Shown in pieces: positions 17,906 to 26,196 of a stretch of DNA of 64,000 nucleotides. The notes beneath the pieces were generated by a model. The model did no database searches, was not told the DNA's origin, and was given only the letters and a program-made list of their open reading frames with translations. Every line of letters starts with the position of its first letter. The stretch's first letter is position 1. The stretch comes from Actinomycetes bacterium (GTDB lineage Bacteria > Actinomycetota > Thermoleophilia > Solirubrobacterales > 70-9): positions 1,176 through 65,175 of the forward strand of contig JAEYSQ010000082.1 of assembly GCA_023434465.1 (NCBI GenBank), read 5' to 3'. A program made the position numbers and the translations under genes.

Positions 17906-19254
17906 CCTTCCCAGTACCGCTCGCTGTCGCCTCGTTCGGCCAGCAGGTTGCGCAGATCAAGCAGAGCCGTGTAGGTCGGCAATGCGAAGAGCTGACTCCG
18001 GGCTTCGCCGAGCGCCTGGTCGAGCGCCGTTTCGGGGTCGTTTACGACGAAGGTGCGCTCGGTCGGCCAGCCGGCGTACTTGAGACGCAAGGCCATCTCT
18101 GCGGCCCGGGTACCGGTGCAGGTGACCCGCCCGACCCGTCCCGCCAACATCTCGAAGTCGGCATCCCAGACCCAGGACACGTCACGACCGTCAGCGATGC
18201 GGTCGTTCAGAGCGATCCATACGTCTATCGGGGCCGGCTCGAGCGCGAGGGTGCGAATCACCTCGTTCGCCCCGGCCGGGTTCTTGACCAGCAGGATCGA
18301 CAGCGAGACGTCACCAATCTCGATTCGCTCGACCCGGCCGAAGACAGCCTTCATGGTTGCCAGGCTCTTCACCGCGTCGGTGACCGGGACGCCGATCTGG
18401 CGGGCGCTCGCAATCGCGCCCAGCGCGTTGTAGAGGTTGTAGAGACCGGGGAGCGGCAGCTCGAGCTTCACGGAGCCTTCCGGGAATTCGATGGTTGCGC
18501 TCAGGCCCGCCATTCCGTTGAGAGTGATCCCGGTCGCCGAGATCTCGGGCTGCGGTCTCCGCATGCCGCAGCTTTCGCAGTGGTAGTGGCCGAGGTGACC
18601 GACGAAGGCCGAGTCATAGGTCAGCTCGTGACCACAGACGCGGCAGAGCTTGGCGTCATGGGCGTGCTGCAGTTCCGGCAGGGCCTGAGACGGATCGTCG
18701 AGGCCGAAGTAGACCGTGCCGGGACCGCTCGCGTGGCCGATGTCGGCGACCAGGGGATCGTCGGCGTTCAGAACGAAGACGGTCTTCCCGGCATGGCGTG
18801 CGGCGAGTTCCTTCCAGGCGTCGGCCAGGGTCTCGGTCTCGCCGTAGCGGTCGAGCTGATCACGGAAGAGATTGCCGAGCAGGATCGTTTCCGGTTTCAG
18901 CCGGTCCGCGACCTCGGGCAACCAGGCTTCGTCGACCTCGAACAGGCCCTCCGTCCCCTTCTGTTCGGCCAGGGCTGTCGCGACGCCCCAGGTCATGTTT
19001 GAGCCGGCCCGGTTGTGGATCGGCTCGCGACCGGCCGCCGACAGGATGGTGGCGAGCATCGAGGCTGTCGTCGTCTTGCCGTTGGTGGCACTGATCAGGG
19101 TGGTGCCCGCGGTCAGGCCGGATCCCAGCTTTCCGATTGCGTTTGGATCCAGTCTCAGCAGGACGCGGCCCGGAAGGGTGGTGCCGCCACCCCGGCCGGA
19201 GGCCCGGCTCAGTCGCCCGACCGCGCGGGCGATAGCCACCTTGGTCCGGATCAA
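17902..19254 (-). CDS. murT: lipid II isoglutaminyl synthase, Mur-ligase subunit MurT
   Basis: Mur-ligase P-loop SATNGKTTTA, the Cys4 ribbon CRVCGHELTY...HYHCESCG typical of MurT, and a DUF1727-like C-terminus. Confidence 0.88.
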   Translation of the reverse strand: MIRTKVAIARAVGRLSRASGRGGGTTLPGRVLLRLDPNAIGKLGSGLTAGTTLISATNGKTTTASMLATILSAAGREPIHNRAGSNMTWGVATALAEQKGTEGLFEVDEAWLPEVADRLKPETILLGNLFRDQLDRYGETETLADAWKELAARHAGKTVFVLNADDPLVADIGHASGPGTVYFGLDDPSQALPELQHAHDAKLCRVCGHELTYDSAFVGHLGHYHCESCGMRRPQPEISATGITLNGMAGLSATIEFPEGSVKLELPLPGLYNLYNALGAIASARQIGVPVTDAVKSLATMKAVFGRVERIEIGDVSLSILLVKNPAGANEVIRTLALEPAPIDVWIALNDRIADGRDVSWVWDADFEMLAGRVGRVTCTGTRAAEMALRLKYAGWPTERTFVVNDPETALDQALGEARSQLFALPTYTALLDLRNLLAERGDSERYWEG

Positions 19255-20144
19255 GAAACCGGCTCCGGAACGATCATCCTGAGCGAAGAAGGGATCACCC
19301 GGATCGTGGTGGGAAGGTCGGTCAGGGGGTCGCCGTCGGCATAGACGGTGAAGGGCCGGCTTGCCTTGATCTCGATCGAAGTCGTCCGGTGGTTGCTGAC
19401 GACCTCGGCATCTTCGACGTGGGTTCCCTTGAAGACTTTCGGCAGGTTCATCAGGAAACGGAGTTTGCCGACCTCACCGATCGTCACCACGTCCAACTGC
19501 CCGTCGTCGATCACCGCGGTAGGAGCGACGTTCATGCCGCCGCCGTAGAACCCGTTGTTGGCTACCGCGATGGTGTATCCGGTGATCCGGCTCTGAACGC
19601 CACTCTCGGTCAGGGTGAACCTGGCGGGCTTCCAGGTGGCAAGTGCCCGGAGAGCCGCATACGCGTACACGGGCTGACCCTTGAGGATCCTTGCCTCGTT
19701 GGCGATCCGGTTGGCGTCCGAGTCGAAACCGACCGACGCGATGCCGAGGAAGCGCTTGCCGTTGGCGTCACCGACGTCGATCGCCCGGGTGTGACCACCG
19801 ACCAGACAGTCGACCGCCGCGGACGGGTCGGTCGGGACCCCGAGACCGCGGGCCAGGTCGTTGCCGCGGCCGGCCGGGATCAGTCCGACCGGCGTGTCGA
19901 CCCCGGCCAGCGCCCCGCCTACGGCACCGATCAGGCCGTCGCCGCTCATCACCACCGGCACCTCTCGGGCGTCTACCGCTTCGAAGGCGAGGTCGATGCC
20001 GTGTTCGAGCGAACGGGTGCGTTCGACCCGGAATGGAATCCGCAGAAAGTCAAGCCGCTTCTCGACCTCGGGCAGAAGCTGCTTCGAGCGACCGCCGCCG
20101 GAGCTCGGATTCATGATCAGGGTGAAGGCCTGGTTGTCGGTCAT
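19251..20144 (-). CDS. YegS/Rv2252/BmrU-family lipid (diacylglycerol-type) kinase
   Basis: IMNPSSGGG, VVMSGDGLIG and GRGNDLARGLG. Start taken at the ATG forming an ATGA overlap with the upstream methyltransferase stop. Confidence 0.85.
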   Translation of the reverse strand: MTDNQAFTLIMNPSSGGGRSKQLLPEVEKRLDFLRIPFRVERTRSLEHGIDLAFEAVDAREVPVVMSGDGLIGAVGGALAGVDTPVGLIPAGRGNDLARGLGVPTDPSAAVDCLVGGHTRAIDVGDANGKRFLGIASVGFDSDANRIANEARILKGQPVYAYAALRALATWKPARFTLTESGVQSRITGYTIAVANNGFYGGGMNVAPTAVIDDGQLDVVTIGEVGKLRFLMNLPKVFKGTHVEDAEVVSNHRTTSIEIKASRPFTVYADGDPLTDLPTTIRVIPSSLRMIVPEPVS

Positions 20145-20794
20145 CGGGGTTGCTCGAGTCTTGCCGCGATCCATGTTCCATCACCCGCGGTCCCTGTGTG
20201 CACCTCGCCGAAGCCGTGGGAAGCCAGTTTCTTTAGAACCAGTTTCTCGGGGGTGCTGAAGGGTGTCATCTCACCGAGGCTGTTGGCGATGATCAGGCCG
20301 CCGCCGGGCCGCAGGACCCGGCTGATCTCTTTGAAGAAGACCGGCATGTTGATCTGGGCGACGAGGTCGAACGACCGGTCTCCGTAGGAGAGATCCGAAG
20401 CGTCAGCTACCCGGAAGCTGACCCGGGCGTCGGGATCGAGTCCGATCTTGGCCTGGGCCTTGCCGATCATTTCTTCGGAGAGATCGACGCCGCGGATCCC
20501 GGCGGTCGGAAATTCTCGCGCCAGAAAGAGTGTGCCGGCACCGGTCCCGCAGCCGAGATCGAGGACTCTCTCCGGTTTGAGCTGAAGCGAATCGAGACCG
20601 GCGGCCAGAGTGGCGAGGTGTTCGGCCGATCCCGCGGCGGTGCGGTCGTCCCAGCCCGATGCGGCCTGGTCGAAGAAACGGCCGACCGGACCGCGGACCA
20701 GGGGCCAGGCCCAGGGGGCAGTTGCGGCCAGCCGGCAGATCGCTTTGCCAATGATTCTCGTCTTCCGGTCGGGGGCCGGTCGGTGCTCGGGCAC
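20141..20794 (-). CDS. class I SAM-dependent methyltransferase
   Basis: VLDLGCGTGAGTLFLA, GVDLSEEMI, LRPGGGLII. The 5' part of the 330-aa track ORF overlaps the cyclophilin gene on the other strand, so the start is trimmed to GTG 20794. The start is uncertain. Confidence 0.7.
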   Translation of the reverse strand: MPEHRPAPDRKTRIIGKAICRLAATAPWAWPLVRGPVGRFFDQAASGWDDRTAAGSAEHLATLAAGLDSLQLKPERVLDLGCGTGAGTLFLAREFPTAGIRGVDLSEEMIGKAQAKIGLDPDARVSFRVADASDLSYGDRSFDLVAQINMPVFFKEISRVLRPGGGLIIANSLGEMTPFSTPEKLVLKKLASHGFGEVHTGTAGDGTWIAARLEQPR

Positions 20795-20824
20795 CCCGGG
20801 ATCATGACAACTAGACTGGCCCGG

Positions 20825-21472
20825 ATGAGTGAACGCGGAAAGCTTGTGAGCCTTGGAGTCGTCGGCGCGATCCTCGCGATCGTGATCATCGTGGTGCTGG
20901 TCGGACGTGGAGGCGACGACGACGCGCAGACTGCCGCGCCGGAAACCAAGCAGGTTCAGCTTTCCAAGCCGGCCCCGGGTTCCGTCGTCGCGGAGGGTGA
21001 AAGCGCCAGCGTGAAGCTGGCAACCACCGAGGGGGATTTCACGATCGAGCTCGACACCACGAACTGGCCGGTCACCGCGAACAGCTTTGCCTATCTGACC
21101 GAGGAAGGGTTCTACGACGGCCTCGGCTTTCACCGGATCGTGCCCGAGTTCGTGATCCAGGGAGGCGACCCGACCGGAAGCGGTTCGGGCGGTCCCGGTT
21201 ACAGCGTGGTCGAGACCCCTCCGCAGAACACGACTTACCCGCTTGGGACCGTCGCGATGGCCAAGACAGGAACCGAAGCTCCCGGCACGTCAGGCAGCCA
21301 GTTCTTCGTTGTCACCGGGCCGCAGGGCGAGTCGCTTACCCCCGACTACGCGATCGCCGGCACGGTCACTGAAGGCATGGACGTCGTCGAGGCGATCGGG
21401 GGGCTCGGCTCCGCAGATGAGCAACCCACGAAACAGGTCGTCATCGAGAAGGCGACCCTCGAGAAGGGCTGA
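20825..21472 (+). CDS. cyclophilin-type peptidyl-prolyl isomerase with N-terminal membrane anchor
   Basis: TM LVSLGVVGAILAIVIIVVLV followed by FHRIVPEFVIQGGDP, MAKTG...GTSGSQFFV. Confidence 0.9.
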   Translation: MSERGKLVSLGVVGAILAIVIIVVLVGRGGDDDAQTAAPETKQVQLSKPAPGSVVAEGESASVKLATTEGDFTIELDTTNWPVTANSFAYLTEEGFYDGLGFHRIVPEFVIQGGDPTGSGSGGPGYSVVETPPQNTTYPLGTVAMAKTGTEAPGTSGSQFFVVTGPQGESLTPDYAIAGTVTEGMDVVEAIGGLGSADEQPTKQVVIEKATLEKG

Positions 21473-21507
21473 TCCTGGTCGCCTCCTTCGCACCGGAGGA
21501 GTTCGAG

Positions 21508-22317
21508 GTGGAGGTCGGCGGTCGCCGTCTGGCCGGGGAGAGCCAGGGTGATGGCCCGGCGATCCTGCTCTGCCACGGACTATCGGCAACCCGGCGTTAC
21601 GTGGTCCACGGTTCGAAGCACCTGCCGCGCCGCGGCTACCGTCTGATCACCTACGACGCGCGAGGCCACGGCGAAAGCGACCCGGCCGGTAGCTACGGAT
21701 ACGAGGGTCTGGCCGAGGACCTCGAAGCAGTCATCGCGGCGCTGCTCCCGGCCGCTGATCGGGGGCTCATCCTCGGCGGGCACTCGATGGGTTGCCACAC
21801 TGCTGTCCGCCGCGCGCTGCTGAACCCGGAAGGGGTGCGGGCGCTGATCCTGGCCGGACCCGTCTTCACCGGGTCGGCCGACGACGACTTTCGTTGGGAC
21901 CGCCGGGCCGATGCCCTCGAAAGCGGAGGCCCGGAAGCCTTCGCCGAGGTCGTGGCCGAGAACAGCCCGAGCGAGGAAGTCCGCGAGACGACGTATCGCC
22001 TGGCCCGGGACCGGGCCCGCCTTCACCGGCACGCCGGAGCGGTCGCGGAAGCACTGCGTCAGGTCCCGCGGTCGAAACCATTTGATTCGGTCGAGGAACT
22101 GTCGGCGATCGCGGTGCCGGCGCTCGTGGTTGCCAGCCATGACGAGTTCGACCCTGGTCATCCGCGCCACGTCGCCGAGCGGTGGGCGGAATCGATCCCG
22201 GGGGCAAAGCTGGTCGGCGAAAAGCCGGGCGAGTCTCCGCTGGCCTGGCAGGGCGGGCTGATGTCGAGGGAGATAGAGGACTTCCTGAGCGAACACGGCC
22301 TTGCCCCTGACCGGTGA
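21508..22317 (+). CDS. alpha/beta hydrolase
   Basis: HG oxyanion motif (ILLCHGLSA) and nucleophile elbow GGHSMGC. Confidence 0.8.
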   Translation: MEVGGRRLAGESQGDGPAILLCHGLSATRRYVVHGSKHLPRRGYRLITYDARGHGESDPAGSYGYEGLAEDLEAVIAALLPAADRGLILGGHSMGCHTAVRRALLNPEGVRALILAGPVFTGSADDDFRWDRRADALESGGPEAFAEVVAENSPSEEVRETTYRLARDRARLHRHAGAVAEALRQVPRSKPFDSVEELSAIAVPALVVASHDEFDPGHPRHVAERWAESIPGAKLVGEKPGESPLAWQGGLMSREIEDFLSEHGLAPDR

Positions 22318-22342
22318 TCCGGGATGGGTAGCCTTGGGCCTG

Positions 22343-23299
22343 ATGAACGCTTCTGAGCAGACCCCTGGCTCCGCGCCGGCTGAAGGCATGGTCTGGGTCC
22401 CGGGGGGGACCTACACGATGGGCAGCGACAGGCACTACCCGGAGGAGAAACCCTGCGGGCCGGTTTCGGTCGACGGATTCTGGATGGATGAAACCGCGGT
22501 GACCAACCGCCAGTTCGCTGAGTTCGTGGCCGAGACCGGCTACGTGACTACGGCGGAGAAGGCTCCGGACCCGGCCATGTACCCGGGGGCGGACCCGGCG
22601 ATGCTGGTCCCCGGCTCGATCACTTTCGCCAAGCCTCGCGGGCCGGTGGACCTCTCGAATCCGATGCAGTGGTGGGCCTGGACCCCGGGAGCCCAGTGGC
22701 GCCACCCGTGGGGACCTGGAACGGGCCTGGAAGGCAAGGAAGATCATCCGGTGACCCAGGTCACCTTCGAGGATGCGGACGCATATGCGCGGTGGGCGGG
22801 CAAACGGTTGCCGACCGAGGTCCAGTGGGAACGCGCCGGACGAGGAGGGATCGAAGGCGCGGAATTCGCCTGGGGTGAGGAAATCGCGCCGGGCGGCGAA
22901 GAGAAGATGAACCGCTGGATCGGTGAGTTCCCCTGGAAGTTCCGTCCGCGGAAGGGTGGCGGCCGCCGGCCGGACACCGTCGCGGTCAGGACCTTCGAAC
23001 CGAACCCGTACGGCCTATACGAGATCACCGGCAATGCCTGGGAGTGGACGGACACCTGGTTCGCCGACACTCACCCCGAACCGACCAGCCGCTGCTGCGC
23101 TCCGGAGAATCCGCGCGGCCCGGGTGTCGATGCCAGTCGCGACCCGGCCAGCGGCATCCCTCGCAAGGTGCTGAAGGGCGGCTCGTTTCTCTGTGCCGAG
23201 AACTACTGCTCCCGGTATCGGCCGGCATCGCGGATTCCGGAGAGCATCGAGAGTTCCACGGTGCACATCTCGTTTCGCTGCGTCGCCCCGGCTGGATAG
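22343..23299 (+). CDS. formylglycine-generating-enzyme (FGE/SUMF1) family protein
   Basis: MVWVPGGTYTMGSD, NPYGLYEITGNAWEWT, and the LKGGSFLCAENYCSRYRPASR Cys pair. ATG 22343 is chosen to avoid overlap with the previous gene. Confidence 0.85.
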   Translation: MNASEQTPGSAPAEGMVWVPGGTYTMGSDRHYPEEKPCGPVSVDGFWMDETAVTNRQFAEFVAETGYVTTAEKAPDPAMYPGADPAMLVPGSITFAKPRGPVDLSNPMQWWAWTPGAQWRHPWGPGTGLEGKEDHPVTQVTFEDADAYARWAGKRLPTEVQWERAGRGGIEGAEFAWGEEIAPGGEEKMNRWIGEFPWKFRPRKGGGRRPDTVAVRTFEPNPYGLYEITGNAWEWTDTWFADTHPEPTSRCCAPENPRGPGVDASRDPASGIPRKVLKGGSFLCAENYCSRYRPASRIPESIESSTVHISFRCVAPAG

Positions 23300-23357
23300 G
23301 GTTGGGCCGCGGTCCCAACGGTCCGCGATTCGTCCACAATGAGAACTGAGGAGAGTA

Positions 23358-23789
23358 ATGCCTGAAACCAGTGGTTCCCAGCCCCCGGGAGGATCGGCCG
23401 CCTGGGCTTCGTGGGTGGCTTTCGCCGGAATAATGCTGATGCTGATCGGCGTGTTCAGCGTGATTGCGGGCCTCGCCGCGGTGACCGACGACGGTTACTT
23501 CACCAAGACTTTCGCCGGCGACGAAGTCTTCATCGTCAACTTCAAGGCGTTGGGGGTCTTCTGGATCGCGCTCGGTGTGCTGAAGGCATGGGCCGGTTTC
23601 GCCCTGATCCAGGGCCGCGAGTGGGCCCGTCTCGTGACCATCGTCCTGGTCTTTCTCTCGGCGGTGAGTCATCTGCTTTCGCTCACGTCGCAGCCGTTTC
23701 TCGGACTGCTCTTCATCGTCATCGACCTGGTCATCCTGTACGCGGTAACTGCGCGCTGGGAAGAGGCCAAGGTCGGCATGGGGGACTGA
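23358..23789 (+). CDS. membrane protein, unknown function
   Basis: 143 aa with four hydrophobic helices. RBS GAGGAG is upstream. Confidence 0.6.
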   Translation: MPETSGSQPPGGSAAWASWVAFAGIMLMLIGVFSVIAGLAAVTDDGYFTKTFAGDEVFIVNFKALGVFWIALGVLKAWAGFALIQGREWARLVTIVLVFLSAVSHLLSLTSQPFLGLLFIVIDLVILYAVTARWEEAKVGMGD

Positions 23790-23811
23790 TTCGAAAGCCC
23801 GGGTTTCTCAA

Positions 23812-24693
23812 CTGAAGACCTGGGTTTCCAAGCTGCCCGCACCGCTCCGGCGGTTCGGCGCCGCCTGCCGGGACATCGCCGTATCTTTCGACCAATCGGC
23901 CGGAACCCGGCAGGCGGCCCAGCTCAGCTTCTTCGTGTTGATGAGTTTTCCCGCCCTGCTGCTGCTGGCGGTCTGGATCCTCAGCAACATCTTCGATTCG
24001 CCCAACGTGAGGCAGGATCTGATTCAGGAGGTCGTCGCCAATCTGCCCCTGGAGCAGGTCCAGGGGCGAAAGGAACTTTCAGACCTGCTCGATCAGCTGA
24101 CCGAGGGTGCTGGCGGGCTGGGTATCGCCGCGGTCCTGATCCTGCTGTACTCGGTCAGCTCCGCGATCGGCGGGCTGAGGCACGCGGTCGAGACGGCCAA
24201 CGAAAGTGGCGAGCACGGTCCGCCGTTTCCGAAGAACAAGGTGCTCGACATCGGGATCACGATCGTGACCTTGCCGGCCGCACTGATCTTCGGCGCCCTC
24301 GCACTTTCGCGCGACCTGGCCTCGGTCGTAAACGACGATCCATTCCTTTCCTGGACTGCCGCGAACCTGGGCGGCCCGCCGGGGTTGTTCGCGGCTGGCG
24401 TGCTCTTCTACACCTGGATCTTCTGGGTCCTCAACCCGGGAGCCACCAGCTGGTCGAGTGCGGCGGTGGGAGCGGCGACCACGTCGGTGCTGATCTGGCT
24501 GGTTTTTGCGGCGCTTCGGATCTGGTTCGGAATCTCCGGTGGGGGCAGCGCGGTCTACGGAGTGCTGGCTGGCTTCATCGGGTTGCTGCTGTTTCTCAAC
24601 CTCGCTTCGATCGCAGTGGTCCTGGGGGCTCATGTGGCGGCGATCTGGCGACTCTACCGCGGCGAAAAGGGTGATCCGGCCCGGCTCGGGTAG
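23812..24693 (+). CDS. YihY/BrkB-family membrane protein
   Basis: A multi-TM protein. The family-typical N-terminus (LRRFGAACRDIAVSFDQSAGTRQAAQLSFFVLMSFPALLLL) lies upstream of the first canonical start (GTG 23935). CTG 23812 is the only plausible in-frame start after the previous gene; see the finding. Confidence 0.7.
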   Translation: MKTWVSKLPAPLRRFGAACRDIAVSFDQSAGTRQAAQLSFFVLMSFPALLLLAVWILSNIFDSPNVRQDLIQEVVANLPLEQVQGRKELSDLLDQLTEGAGGLGIAAVLILLYSVSSAIGGLRHAVETANESGEHGPPFPKNKVLDIGITIVTLPAALIFGALALSRDLASVVNDDPFLSWTAANLGGPPGLFAAGVLFYTWIFWVLNPGATSWSSAAVGAATTSVLIWLVFAALRIWFGISGGGSAVYGVLAGFIGLLLFLNLASIAVVLGAHVAAIWRLYRGEKGDPARLG

Positions 24694-24702
24694 TCTCCGG
24701 CC

Positions 24703-24975
24703 ATGGGCTGTCTCGTTCCGCTTCTCGCACTGATCTCACCCCGCCTCGCGCTCTTCTTCATCCTGCTCTTCTCGGGATGGGTGGGGGAGGCCCTCGACGG
24801 CTGGATCGTGCCAGTGCTCGGGTTTTTCTTCCTTCCCTGGACCCTGCTCGCCTACATCGTGATGTACCAGATCAGTCCCTACGGGGTGGAGGGCTTCGAC
24901 TGGTTCATCGTCGGCTTTGCCTTCGTGGTCGACATCGCCTCGTACATGAGGACCTCTCAGAGTCGATCGAACTAG
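24703..24975 (+). CDS. small membrane protein, unknown function
   Basis: 90 aa with three hydrophobic helices; starts 10 nt after the yihY-like stop. Confidence 0.5.
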   Translation: MGCLVPLLALISPRLALFFILLFSGWVGEALDGWIVPVLGFFFLPWTLLAYIVMYQISPYGVEGFDWFIVGFAFVVDIASYMRTSQSRSN

Positions 24976-24990
24976 GCCCGCCCTGCGGCG

Positions 24991-25488
24991 CTAGTGGACG
25001 AAGATTTTCAGGGCGAGAATCAGCAGTCCGAACAGTGCGTTGACGGTCCCGATCAGGATCCGCCGGCCCCAGCGCCGCCGGTTTTTGGCTCCGATGAAGA
25101 GTCCGGTCGCAAACAGGGTCACGATGCCGGCTCCGACCGCGACATAGCTCGAGTTTTCGTCATTCAGCAGGCCGATCGGGGCCAGCAGCATGGCGATCGC
25201 CGGAATCATCGCTCCCTGTACGATCGGCCACTGGTTCCGGAACGCGCCCCGTGCGTGCCCGAGCGCTTCGCGGGGGGTCGAGTAACCGGCCGCGACGATG
25301 TCGGCGTAAACGTGAACCAGCCAGAAGACGAGCCCGGTGACGGCGGCCCAGATCGCTATCGCGACCGAACCGAGATCGTCGTCCTTCGAGGCGGTGGCCA
25401 CGACGGTCATCGAGATGATCGTGCCGTAGATCGCGCCGGCATAGTTGGGCGCGGTCGCCGGGTTGTCGGGTTGGGAATCGGTCGGCAC
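24991..25488 (-). CDS. membrane protein, unknown function
   Basis: About 4 TM helices (AIYGTIISMTVVATA, AIAIWAAVTGLVFWLV, AMIPAIAMLLAPIGLL, GTVNALFGLLILALKIFV). Start trimmed to GTG 25488 so it does not run through the TetR promoter. The start is uncertain. Confidence 0.5.
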   Translation of the reverse strand: MPTDSQPDNPATAPNYAGAIYGTIISMTVVATASKDDDLGSVAIAIWAAVTGLVFWLVHVYADIVAAGYSTPREALGHARGAFRNQWPIVQGAMIPAIAMLLAPIGLLNDENSSYVAVGAGIVTLFATGLFIGAKNRRRWGRRILIGTVNALFGLLILALKIFVH

Positions 25489-25529
25489 GGCCGGGAACGA
25501 TAGTGGCTGAGCCGGATCCGATTCAGTTA

Positions 25530-25549
25530 CAAGTCGGTTGACTGACTTG
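25530..25549. promoter_or_regulatory. candidate TetR operator (inverted repeat)
   Basis: CAAGTC-ggttgact-GACTTG, with a nested AGTC..GACT. It lies in the divergent region just upstream of the TetR/P450 operon. Confidence 0.35.
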
Positions 25550-25566
25550 GCATGTATATTTGGCAC

Positions 25567-26196
25567 ATGAGCGAGGAGCGGCAGCAACCAGAGGTGCGTC
25601 GTCTGCAGAAGGATCGCACCGCAGCCACCAGGTCAGCGGTGCTGGAGGCCACGATCGAACTCCTGGTCGAGCGCGGCTATGCCGGTACTTCGACCAGACT
25701 TGCGGCCGAGAAGGCGGGAGTTTCGCTGGGAGCACTGCAACATCACTTCCGCACCAAAGCCGAGCTGACCGTCGAGGCGATGCGCTTTGTCACCGACCGC
25801 CTGGCCGACGAGTTCGTCTCGGCCATCCCCAAGGACGGCGACGAGGTCGAGAGGATCGCCCTGGCACTCGACCGGCTCTTCGTCGTCTTTCGCGGTCCGA
25901 CCTTCGCGGCCGCGCTCGAGCTTCACCTCGCGGCTCGTACCGACGAGGCCTTGCGGGACCCGATCAGCCGGCTGCACATCGAGGATCAGGCCAGGATCCG
26001 GCAGAGTGCGATCGCGCTGATGCCGGGGGTGGAGGATCGCCCCGGCTTCGACGGCTGGCTGCTGATGTCGGTTTCGGCCATCCGCGGCATGGCGGTGGCG
26101 ACCATGGGAGTCAAGGAAGTCGAAAAGGAATGGGAGATGCTGAGGGATCAACTTGTCGAATCAGCAACCGAACTGGTCAGGCAGGAGCCGGCATGA
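25567..26196 (+). CDS. TetR/AcrR-family transcriptional regulator
   Basis: HTH region TRSAVLEATIELLVERGYAGTSTRLAAEKAGVSLGALQHHFRTK. Its stop overlaps the P450 start (ATGA). Confidence 0.88.
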   Translation: MSEERQQPEVRRLQKDRTAATRSAVLEATIELLVERGYAGTSTRLAAEKAGVSLGALQHHFRTKAELTVEAMRFVTDRLADEFVSAIPKDGDEVERIALALDRLFVVFRGPTFAAALELHLAARTDEALRDPISRLHIEDQARIRQSAIALMPGVEDRPGFDGWLLMSVSAIRGMAVATMGVKEVEKEWEMLRDQLVESATELVRQEPA

